DNA from: Eledone cirrhosa
Lineage: Eukaryota
Assembly (NCBI GenBank): GCA_964016885.1
Contig: OZ024741.1
Location: forward strand, 313,596,001-313,660,000
Reading direction: 5' to 3'
DNA: 64,000 bases
The translations under genes and the position numbers were made by a program. Position 1 is the first letter of the stretch; the number at the start of each line of letters is the position of its first letter. This document shows, in pieces, positions 1-11,396 of the stretch. The notes below the pieces were generated by a model. The model was not told where the DNA came from, searched no databases, and worked only from the letters and a program-made list of their open reading frames with translations.

Positions 1-227
1 GCGATATTGGCTACGCATACAAGTCTTGTTGGTGGATCTGTCACCGGGTCGTCGAGTATCTTATGGTCTTTGAAGAGCACATATAGGGGTGGTATGTCAT
101 TGTTAGACGCGTGTATGTTCATAGCAGTGGGTCTGCTTGGCTTTAGGATGTCGGTCCTCATCATCATGTTAGCGTTGACGATCTCCTCTCACCCATCATG
201 TGTTTGTTGTGTAATTTCGCCTGGAGA
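1..227 (-). mobile_element. 5' part of the Penelope-like family 2 long copy from a preceding unit
   Basis: Matches 22881-23107, implying the array continues to the left of the window. Confidence 0.75.
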
Positions 228-1140
228 TATATTTGTCTGTATGTGTGTCTGTGTGTGTGTGCGCGCACGTGTGCGTGTGTGTGTGTGCGTGTGTGTGTGC
301 GTGTGTGTGTGTGTTTATTTCAAAGTAAAAATGTCGTAAATTCATATCGTAGTAACTGATAAAATATGGTGTAAATTTGAAGGATTATATTTGTTTTTTC
401 TTATGATGTTGTTTGTTTCCTTCATTATGTTATATATATATATAATATATATATTATATGTATAGATATGTATATATGTATGTATGCATATATGTGTGTC
501 TGTATGTGTGTATGTATGCATTTATATATATATATTTATATATACACATATATATACAGTATATATTATATATATGTAAAAGTTATTCAGAAATAACAAG
601 ACAATCGCTACAGTATATGGAAGGGATATATTAGGTTAACGTTTGATATAGCACGAATAGGGTCTCAGCATTTTGGACACTAGTCCTTAATTAGAAGAAA
701 GAATGTGAAAAAAATAGATTGAGGGGAGGGTTGCGTTAGAATTGGAAAACATATCCTGAGATAAAAATAACAGATTCATTTATGTTGACATCTCTTGCAG
801 TGTGTGTGTGTGTATGTATGTGCGTGTGTGTTTATTTAAATGTAAGAATGTCGCAATTACATATCGTAGTAACTGGTAGTATATGGTAAGATTTGGAAGG
901 ATTATATATGTTTTTTTTTTCTTATAATATTGTTTGTTTCTTTCATAATATTTTTTAACCTTGCTTTTGACTGAAATAAAAATCCATGTATATTTTTTAG
1001 AGGATCGATATAATATTCAATAAATATCTAAGTTCATTTGTTTATCACAAGAAATATATAATCTGAAACTTTCGTATGAAATTGTATCATTGATATCTGT
1101 ATGTAATTAATGATATCATCATATATATTGATAGTTTTAG

Positions 1141-1275
1141 AATGCCCAGTGGGAACGTTTGGTGTTGATTGTAAAGGGACTTGCCATTGTATCAACAATA
1201 ATAACTGTGACAAGCGAAATGGAACATGTTCAGATGGATGTTCTGAAGGTTATATTGGTGTCAATTGCCAAGAAG
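1141..1275 (+). CDS. EGF-like exon A1 (internal exon, 135 nt, phase 1-1)
   Basis: ttttag|AATGC...GAAG|gtatat; (E)CPVGTFGVDCKGTCHCINNNNCDKRNGTCSDGCSEGYIGVNCQE, 8 Cys. The ORF track shows only the wrong frame here. Confidence 0.85.
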
Positions 1276-1930
1276 GTATATCATAAAATTGTTACATGCA
1301 TACTATGCACACACACACACACACACGCACACACAGATATCTATTCATATATATTTATTTATACATAAAAATTATATATATACCGTATATGCCGGTGTAA
1401 AAGTTGATCCGCCGAGTATGTCGATTAGTGTATGATTAGTGTACACACACACACATACAGACACACATATATATATATATATATAAACACATACACACAC
1501 ACATTTATATATATATGTATATATACATTTATATATATCCCGTATATGCCGGTTTAACAGTCCACCCATCAAAGTTGTGGTGTAATTCAGGTTGAGGCCT
1601 ATATACGCCGGTTAGACGACACTCCCGGTATAAGGCATTACCATCTCCCCAGCCGTAGATATGCTTGCCGTTGTTTATTTGCACAAAATATAAAATATGG
1701 ATATAAAAACTAAATAGTTGTAAAATTAAAATGCATCTGAGGAAAGTACAACTTGTAAAATTTATTTTTCATTTAACAAAAAGATTTAACTGAACTGTTT
1801 TATTAGTAAACAACATGCTGCCACACCTTCACTTCATATGCCGTTTAGCACAAGACCACTTTAATCTTGAAATTTAATATAAAATTGTATATATATATAC
1901 ATATATATATACACAAATACATTTATATAT

Positions 1931-2050
1931 GTAGCGTATATGCCGGTGTAAAAGTTGATCCGCTGCATATCTCGAGCCATCAAATGTTGTGGTATAAATC
2001 AGGTTTAGGCCTATATACGCCAGTTTAGACGATACCCCTGGTATAAGGGA
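1931..2050 (+). mobile_element. possible pogo/Tigger-like terminal fragment in each monomer (also ~1381, ~4010, ~10365, ~15295)
   Basis: TACCGTATATGCCGGTGTAAAAG...TAAGTCGACCC resembles pogo-type TIRs (TA-CCGTAT..GTATAAG) next to (TA)n. No partner TIR found. Confidence 0.4.
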
Positions 2051-2427
2051 TTACCTTCTCCACAGACGTAGATATGTTTGCCGTTGTTTATTTGCATGAA
2101 ATATAAAACATTAAAATAAAGACTAAATAGTTGTAAGATAAAAATGCATAACAGGAAAGTACAGATTGCAAAATGTATGTTTCAGTTAACAAAATGGTTT
2201 AACTGAAATGTTTTATTAGAAAACAATATCCTACCACACGTGACTTGATACGCGGGAATTTAAAAAACCTCAATATTCCTTATCCAATTTATATCATCTT
2301 AGATGTCGATAAATATCTACTGTCGTCCTGTTTTGTTTCGTGGTGAAATTACTGTAGTTTTCCGATAATTTAGATAATTCAGTGGATCAGGATACCATTA
2401 ATATAATAACTATAATATTAATACTAT

Positions 2428-3107
2428 TAGGAATCGCTTATGAGGATAATGCAAGCTATTTACAGTGGTGCTGTCAGTAAAGTGACAATAGAAATGGAGT
2501 TTAGTGAGGAATTCCAGATACAAGTAGGTGTACATCAATGTTCGCTCCACAGCCCAATCTTTTTCATTATAGACAGCCAAGCCATAACAGTGGAGTTTAA
2601 GACTGGCTGCCCATTGGAACTTCCATATGCTGATGATCTGGTTCTTATAGCAGATTCAGTAGAGGAGCTAGAGAATAAATTCTGGCTATGGAAACAGCAA
2701 TTTGAATCAAGAGGCCTGAGAGTGAACATAGCTAAAACAAAAGTGTTGATAAGTGGAAGAGAGGACAATGCTCTGATTCCCTCATGGAATCGGCCATGTT
2801 AGATATATAGGAAAGGAACTGGCATCAATTCCATAAAATGTACACAATGCTGATCTTGGAGACACAATAGATGTAGTGGGATAGCAGGCAAACTAGCACG
2901 TAGGGAAAACTTCGTATGCAATAGATGTACAGGGAAAGTTGACAGTAGTAATCACAGTGATAGACTCATTTTTCCAATGCAGGTGGGTTCTATAGAAGTG
3001 GTTGATAGCTTCCGGTACCCAGGTGATAACATACGCATGAGAGGAGGGTGTTTCGCGTCCATATTATCTAGAATAAGGACGGGTTGGAAGAAGTTTATGG
3101 AGTTTCG
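2428..3107 (+). mobile_element. RTE-clade LINE RT fragment (also ~25302-25981 and ~47455-48134)
   Basis: GVHQCSLHSP, GCPLELPYADDLVLIA, GLRVNIAKTKVL, VDSFRYPGD, SRIRTGWKKF; contains stops. Confidence 0.9.
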
Positions 3108-3209
3108 CCCTGTTTTGTTTCGTGGGGAAATTACAGTAGTTTTCCGATAATTTAGATAATTCAGTGAATCAGTATACCATTAACATAGTAACTATAATAG
3201 TAATACAAA

Positions 3210-3368
3210 TAGGACTGCTTCTGAGGACAATGCAAGCTATGTACAGGGGTGCGGTCAGTAAAGTAACAATCGAAATGGAGTTTAGTGAGGAATTCCAGAT
3301 ACACATAGGTATACATCAAGGTTCTCTCCTCAGCCCAAACTTGTTCGTTATAGTCCCCCAACCATAAC
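3210..3368 (+). mobile_element. short RTE fragment (also ~26084-26242 and ~48237-48395)
   Basis: MQAMYRGAVSKV...GIHQGSLLSPNLF; same 5' junction as the other copies. Confidence 0.8.
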
Positions 3369-3573
3369 ATAATATTATTAACATTGCATTTAATTGAACT
3401 AAAAATCCTAGTATTGTTTATAAAGGATCGATATAATATTCAATAAATCTACAACTTCATTTGTTTAGCACAATACCAGATTTAATCTTGAAATTTAATA
3501 TAAAATTATATCATTGATATATGTATGTAATTAATGATATCTTCAACATTATCATATATCTTGATAATTTTAG

Positions 3574-3708
3574 AATGCCCAGCAGGAAAGTTTGATCTTG
3601 ATTGTAATAGGACCTGCCATTGTATCAACAACGCGAACTGTGACAAGCGATATGGAATATGTTTAGATGGATGTTCTGCTGGTTATACTGGTTACAATTG
3701 CCAAGAAG
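3574..3708 (+). CDS. EGF-like exon B1
   Basis: ttttag|...|gtatct; CPAGKFDLDCNRTCHCINNANCDKRYGICLDGCSAGYTGYNCQE. Confidence 0.85.
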
Positions 3709-3737
3709 GTATCTCATATAATGTTTACGCAAGCATT

Positions 3738-4013
<276 letters not shown>

Positions 4014-4374
4014 GCCGGTGTAAAAGTTGATCCGCTGCATATTTCGACCTAATCAAATCATGTGGTAAAAATCAGGTTTAGGCCTATACACCCCAGTTTA
4101 GACGACAACATTGGTATAAAGGATACCTTCTCCCCAGCTGTAGATATGTTTGCCGTTGTTTATTTGCATTAAACAGAAAACATTAAAATCAAAACTAAAA
4201 AGTTGTAAAATAAAAAATGCCTGTGAAGAAAGTAAAAGTTGCAAAATTTATTTTTCAGTTAACAAAATGATTTAACTGAACTGATTTATTAGTAGACAAT
4301 ATCCTACGACACCGTGACTTAATACGCGTGAATTTTAAAAACCTAAATATTCCTTATCCAATGTGTATCTGCTA

Positions 4375-4450
4375 GGTTGGGAGATGCTGTGCTGAATAGA
4401 ACCCGTCCAACTATTGCAAGCAGGGAAAAGCGGGCGAAAAATGATAATAA
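4375..4450 (+). mobile_element. RTE 3' tail fragment (also ~27212 and ~49335)
   Basis: gatgctgtgctgaatagaacccgtccaac...aatgataataa matches the 3' end of the longer copies. Confidence 0.75.
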
Positions 4451-5081
4451 ATAAAAATGCATGTGAAGAAAGTACAATTTGCCAAATTAACTTTTCAGTT
4501 AACAAAATGATTTAACTGAACAGTTTTTTTAATAAACAACATGCTACCACACCATCACTTGATACAGGGTAGATTTAAAAAGCTAAATATTCCTTATCCA
4601 TTGTGTATCATTATTACGTGGCGATATGATTTCATATCGACCTGTTTTGTTCCGTGGCGAAATTACCGGAGATTTTCCGATAGTTTAGATAATTCAGTGA
4701 ATCAGTATACCATTCATATTATAACTATGATATTCATGATAATATTATAGATATATATGTGTATATATATATATGTATGTATATATGTATTTATGTATGT
4801 GTGTGTGTATGTGTGTATGTATACATTTATATATATACGGTGTATTATATATATATATGTATATATATATATATGCGTGTGTGCGTGTGTGTGTGTCTGT
4901 TTTTATTTACATGTAGGAATGTCGCAAACACATATCGTAGTAACTGGTAGAATATGATAATATTTGGAACGATTATATATCATTTTTTTCTTATAATACT
5001 CTTTGTTTCTTTCATGATGTTTTAAACATTGCCGTTAACTGAACTAAAAATCCATGTATGTTTTATAGAGAATCGTTATAA

Positions 5082-5685
5082 TCAATATATATGAAACCTT
5101 GGATGTATATCTGTGTTTGTGTGTGTCTGTGAGTTTGAATCCCTAACACTCTAGAAGTACCGAACCGATTTTTTCAAAGTTTACATCTGTATTACGTATG
5201 TTTCAGGGAATGTTATGCACGTACAATTCAACTTTGTTCATCCCCTAGGACCCGCATTAGGTGAAAAAGTGTGTTTTATTTCAGATTTTAGGGGTATCTT
5301 GATGCTTTACGTCAGACCGAATTTCTTGAAATTGTAACTATGTATTATTCAGTCTCTTTTTATACCGGTAGCAAAGACAATCCAACTTTATTATTGCCTA
5401 TGGCCCGCAGTAGGTGAGCAACTTCATTTTTTCAGGCATATTTTTCAAGGCATATTATGCACATGAAAACAATTCATTTTCTTGATTCCCTAAGGCCCAC
5501 ATTAGCTGAAAACCTGTATTTTTCCTCATTCATCGAGGTAAATCTCAAAGATTATCCAGCCATCAGAATATACGGTTTATTTTCTTTACATATTGTCCGG
5601 GCATGCAGTTTTTCCACGATTAAGGCTGTTGGTGGCCCGCGTTCTAAAATACCTTATCCCGTGCAACGCCCGCTACCACTGCTGG
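5082..5685 (+). mobile_element. non-autonomous Helitron-like element (also 27928-28531 and 50044-50647)
   Basis: Inserted between A and T of the empty site gatcgatataa|tattcaataaat seen in other monomers, with no TSD. 5' TC, subterminal GC hairpin remnant, CTGG end, three internal subrepeats. Confidence 0.8.
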
Positions 5686-5810
5686 TATTCAATAAATATA
5701 CACATTCATTTTTTACCACAAGACCACTTTAAGCGTAACATTTTGTATAAAATTGTATCATTTATAATTAATGATATATGCAACAATATCACATATAGTG
5801 ATATTTTCAG

Positions 5811-5945
5811 AATGCAGAGCAGGAAGGTTTGGTGTTGCTTGTAATGGGACATGCCATTGTATCAACAGCATAAACTGTGCCAAGCGAAATGGAACATGTT
5901 CAGATGGATGTTCTGCAGGTTATACTGTTGTCAATTGCCAAGAAG
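5811..5945 (+). pseudogene. EGF-like exon C1 with dead donor
   Basis: Open frame [44 protein letters not shown] and intact acceptor, but the donor reads GAAG|ATATCT (GT>AT). Confidence 0.75.
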
Positions 5946-6100
5946 ATATCTCATAAACTTGTTGCGTACTTACTAAACACACACACACACATACACACAA
6001 CTATATACCCAACCCACACACACACATATACATGTATATATATATATATATAAATGGAATAGAATGAAACGAAATTTCATTTCTCACTCTTAGTACGGCA

Positions 6101-6197
6101 CTGACTTCGCCTTTCATCCTTACGTGGTCGATAAAATAAAGTACCAGTAATGTACTGGAATAATTGCTGGCCTTGTGCCAAAAGTAGAAACAATTAT
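6101..6197 (+). mobile_element. SINE 3' fragment, Nin-domain-like (also ~28945-29040 and ~51065-51160)
   Basis: gacttcgcctttcatcc..ggtcgataaaata.agtaccagt...gctggccttgtgccaaaa resembles the abundant octopus SINE as I recall it; not checked against a database. Confidence 0.6.
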
Positions 6198-6384
6198 CTA
6201 TGTATACGTACATACATATATGTATACATACGTACAGAAGTATGTATATATATACATACATTTGTACAAAGAAACAAACCGAGCATTATAATAAATGTTC
6301 GGTAAACCGATACGTGCATGTTTATATGTGTGCATGTACGTATATATATACATATATGTATGTACGTATATATACATACATACA

Positions 6385-6439
<55 letters not shown>

Positions 6440-6447
6440 TATATATA

Positions 6448-8120
6448 GTTATACTTGAGGAGGGTCATATTGTTGTAATAACTTTGCCAGAAATAATAAC
6501 AGAACACATTCACGCTTTGGTTGGTTTTCGCTTTGTATGTTTTATATCTCCATAGTTAATTCATTCGGCAATCAATGTGTATCACTGATTCACTAACGGT
6601 CAAAAATACAGATATAAATACATATATATAGTCTAAAAAATTTCTTTCGTTTCACATCTGCAACATCATCAGTGGTACTATTATGTATCACTCCTGCTGT
6701 ATTACAAGTCTACGCCATTTATATTTTATCTTTTTTATTTATTTATTTTTATTTATTTTTGTCTTCGTACCTGTGCATGCGTTTGTTTGGTGTGTTTGTT
6801 CGCGTTTGGGTGACTGTGTTTTGGTTATTGTATTTTATCTTAATTTATTAGTGTGTCTTTATATGTGTTTTTTTGTTATTGTGCTTGTGTATTTATTCAT
6901 TTATTTATATATATTTTTATATTTCTCTTAAGTCAGTATTGTTTGTTTGGGTGTTGTTATTCCATTAATTTTTTTCTGTTTAGCTTTCTCTTTTTAAGAT
7001 CTGTCGCGCTTGACTCTCTGATTTGCCTACCTGCTGGCTCATTTCTATTTTTTAGATATTATTTTAATTTCTATGTTGACTATGTCACCGTCATGTTGTT
7101 GTCTGGCATGTTCGTAGGTACTGAACCTGTTTTTTTGCTCTTTTAATTCCCCCCAGTGTTGGTCTATACTTTCTCCTATGCATCGAGCTGTCTCGCCTAT
7201 GTATGGTGTTGTGATGTTTCTGCAAGTAGCCTCTGTACATCTTATGCTATAGACTACATTTCTAGTTTTACAGTTTATCTGGGGATTTACTTTACATATA
7301 GTACACTTCTTATAAGTATAGTGGGTTTTGTTGAAAGTGTGTTTTGCTGATCAGGGATTTCATGGTAGTTACTGGTTTTTCTAACACTTTACTCATTAAG
7401 TGGATCTTTCTCAGGACCATTCTACATTGGTTAGCTAATTTCCCTCCAGGGGTAGCGTGCACGTATATGACAATCTGGTATCTCGGGTTGTGGTACCATG
7501 AGGTGGCTTTGCCTATCTTTTGCTTAGTCCTATCTAAGCTATTCCATGATTTTCTCCTGTATAATGGGCAAATTACTTTCATGTCCAGTTCTATGAGGGT
7601 CTTATACTTCTCAGTGTTTACTTTGTATACTCGGATTCTGTCTCTTTGGTTCTAGCCAGAGAAATGCCTGCGCTTTATGAAGTGTTTGATGTGTCTTTCC
7701 ATTTATCTTGGGTCGCTCATGCGGGACACGTTCTTCATCACTCGTACCAAGTCTGCGATCAGAATATTAAACTTAGCACTACTGAACATTGCTGTGTATT
7801 TGAGTAACAGGTATTTGGAGGCCACGGGTTTAGCGTAGTGTGAGTGGGGAATTTGGGACCTATCGTATATAGTGTTAATCCAGAATTCCATGTCTAATAC
7901 AGGTAGTCTATTATTAGGTTGATTGGAAGGGTATTCAATAGTTACAGTTATACTCTGGTGTATGGAGTTAGTTATCTGCTGGATTATTTCCATTGTGCTA
8001 TATTCTAATTGCTATTCGTTACTATTCTCTTGTGGCAGTGTCCTTATTACTATATTTAATATTGTCTACGTAAGGAGAGTACATGATGTGTTCTATGGAG
8101 CTCACTTCAAGGAGATTTTT
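6448..8120 (-). mobile_element. Penelope-like family 2, short copy after exon C (also ~29282-30953 and ~51408-53080)
   Basis: Diverged paralog of 20609-~22280; NRLPVLD, HYAKPVAS, VHATPGG; truncated just past YVDNI. Confidence 0.85.
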
Positions 8121-8373
8121 GTATGTTTCAGTTAACAAAATGGTTCAACTGAACTGTTTTATTAGTAAACAATATCCTACCACACGTGACCTGATACGCG
8201 GGAATTGTAAAAATCTAAATATTCCTTATCCAATGTGTATCATCATAGATGGCGATATATATTTACTGTCGTCCTGTTTTGTTTCGTGGAGAAATTACAG
8301 TAGTTTTCCGATAATTTAGATAATTCAGTTAATCAGTATTCTATTAATATAATAACTATAATATTAATACTAA

Positions 8374-9540
8374 TAGGAATCGCTTGTGAGGACAATGCAA
8401 GATACGTACAGTGGTGCTGTCAGTAAAGTGACAAGAGAAATGAAGTTTAGTGAGGAATTCCAGATACAAGCAGGTGTACATCAATGTCGCTCCTCAGTCC
8501 AATCTTTTCCATTATAGACCACCAAGCCATGACAGGGGAGTTTAAGACTGGCTGCCCATGGGAACTTCTATATGCTGATGATCTGGTTCTTATATCAGAT
8601 TGAGTACAGGAGCTAGAGAATATATTCTGGCTATGGAAACAATAATTTGAATCAAGAGGCCTGAGAGAGAACATAGCTAAAACAAAAGTGTTGATAAGTG
8701 GAAGAGAGGACAATGCTCTGATTCTATCAGGGAAATGGCCATGTTAGATATATAGAAAAGGAACTGGCATAAATTCCATAAAATATACACAATGCTGATC
8801 TTGGAGACACAATTGATGTAGTGCGTTAGCAGGCAAACTAACAGGTTGGGAAAACTACGTATGCAATAGATGTACAGGGAAAGTTGGCAGTAGTAATTAC
8901 TGTGATAGACTCATTTTTCCAATGCAGGTGGGTTCTATAGAAGTGACTGATAGCTTCCGGTACCCAGGTGATAAGATACGCATGGGAGGAGGGTGTTCCG
9001 CGTCCATATTATCTAGAATAAGGGCGGATTGGAAGAAGTTTATGGAGTTTCTTCCTCTGTTGATAAAGAAGCGGTTCTCCATGCGTACAAATGGACGGCC
9101 ATATGATACATGTGTGAGATGCGACGATACTGCATGGTAGTTAGAAATGGACAACAACTGCTGAAGATATACGACGGCTGGAGAGAAATGAAGCAAGTAT
9201 GTTCCGTTGTATGTGCAATTGTAATGTGCGTGAACGACCAAGCATAGACGAGTTGAGAAGGAAACTGGGTATAAGAGGGATACATTGTAGTGTGCAGGAG
9301 AGAACGCTGAGACGCTATGGACATATGATGTGATTGGAGGATGAGCGCTGTGTGAAGAAGTGCCAGGAAGTCCAAGTGGAGGGAAGACGCAGTACGGGTA
9401 GACCACGAAGAACATGGGCGGGTCTGGTGCAAGTCAACGAGGAGATGACAAAGGACCGTGACAAGTGAGGGGATGCTGTGCTGAATAGGACCCGTCCAAC
9501 CATTGCTAGCTGGGAAAAGCGGGCGGAAAAATTATAATAA
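8374..9540 (+). mobile_element. 5'-truncated RTE LINE with 3' end (also ~31207-32372 and ~53333-54498)
   Basis: YADD region through RRYGHMM..EDERCVKKC..VEGRRSTGRPRRTW and a short ATA tail. Confidence 0.9.
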
Positions 9541-9579
9541 ATAAAAATGCTCGTGAAGAAAGTACAATTTAGAAATTAT

Positions 9580-9581
<2 letters not shown>

Positions 9582-9655
<74 letters not shown>
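9582..9655. repeat. (GT)n microsatellite; others at ~23114-23214 (GT), 10188-10322, 33065-33261 and 55191-55319 (CA), 26753-26812 and 61261-61360 (TA)
   Basis: Directly visible; lengths vary between units. Confidence 0.95.
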
Positions 9656-9656
<1 letters not shown>

Positions 9657-10103
9657 AAAGTAAAAATGTCGCAAATACATATCGTAGTAACTGATAAAAT
9701 ATGGTGTAAATTTGAAGGTTTATATATGTTGTTTCTCATGGTATTGTTTGTTTCTTTCATTATGTTGTATATATATATTATATGTATATATATGTATGTA
9801 TGTATGTATATATAAGTATGTATGTATATATGTGTGTGTGTATGTATGCATTTATATATATATATATATAACATATATATATATACAGTATATATTATAT
9901 ATATGTAAAAGGTAAACGGAAATAACAAGACAATCGGTACAGTATATGGAAGGGATATATTAGGTTAACGTTTGATATAGCAGGAATAGCGTCTCAGCAT
10001 TTTGGACACTAGTCCTTCATTAGAAGAAACAATGAGAAATAAAATAGATCGAGGGGGCAGTTGAATTGGAATTGGAATAAAAATAAAAATAACACGTTCA
10101 TCT

Positions 10104-10157
10104 GAACATGTTCAGATGGACGTTCTGCAGGTTATATTGGTGTCAATTGCCAAGAAG
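10104..10157 (+). pseudogene. 5'-truncated EGF exon D1
   Basis: Only TCSDGRSAGYIGVNCQE|gtatct remains. The acceptor and 5' part are deleted, and one Cys codon is changed to Arg. Confidence 0.8.
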
Positions 10158-10224
10158 GTATCTCATAAAATTGTTACGTACTTACTAAACACACACACAT
10201 TCACGCACACACACACACACGCGC

Positions 10225-10325
<101 letters not shown>

Positions 10326-11130
10326 TTCGTATATATTTGATTATATATAAAAAAATTATATATATACCTTATATGCCGGTATGAAAGTTGATGCGCTGCA
10401 TAAGTCGACCCATCAAATGTTGTTGTGTAATTCAGGTGGAGGCCTATATACGCCGGTTGAGACGGCACCCCAGGTATAATGCTTTACCATCTCCTCAGCC
10501 GTAGATATGCTTGCCGTTGTTTATTTGCACAAAATATAAAATATGGAAATAAACACTAAATAGTTGTAAAATTAAAATGCATGTGAGGAAAGTACAATTT
10601 GTAACATTTATATTTCATTTCACAAAAAGATTTAACTGAACTGTTTTATTAGTAAACAACATGCTACCACACCGTCACTTGATATGCGCTAATTTAAAAA
10701 AACCTAAATATTCCTTATCCAATGTGTATCAGCATTACATGGCGATATATTTTTTATTTCGACGTGTTTGTTTCATGGAAAAATCACAGCAGATTTTCCA
10801 ATAGTTTCGATAATTCAGTGAATCAGTATACCATTAATCTTATAACTATGATATTCATGATAATATTATATCTATTTTGGAAGGATTATACATGTTGTTT
10901 TTCTAATAATATTGTTTGTTTCTTTTATAATGTTATTAACATTGCATTTAATTGAACTAAAAATCCATCTATAATTTATAGAAGATCGATATAACATTCA
11001 ATATTTCTACAAGTTAATTGGTTTATCCCAAGCCCACTTTAATCTTGAAATTTGCTATCAAATCGTAACAATGATTTGTGTATGTAATTAATGATATCTT
11101 CAACTTTATCATATATATTGATATATTTAG

Positions 11131-11265
11131 AATGCCGAGAAGGAAAGTTTGGTGTTGCTTGTAATGGGACATGCCATTGTATCAACAACATGAACTGTGA
11201 CAAGCGAAATGGAAGATGTTCAGATGGATGTTCTGCAGGTTATACTGGTGACAATTGCCAACAAG
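11131..11265 (+). CDS. EGF-like exon E1
   Basis: atttag|...|gtatct; [44 protein letters not shown]. Confidence 0.85.
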
Positions 11266-11365
11266 GTATCTCATAACAATGTTACGTACTTATTAGACAC
11301 ACAAACACAAACACACACATACATATACAAACACACACACACACACAGAGACACGCATATAAACA

Positions 11366-11396
<31 letters not shown>

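Noticed and set aside
1159-1368. ORFs such as MVLIVKGLAIV... and MTSEMEHVQMDVL...
   Set aside because: Alternative reading frames of the EGF exons.
8897-9503. Minus-strand ORFs of 130-172 aa (also 18022-18462 and copies)
   Set aside because: Antisense to decayed RTE coding sequence.
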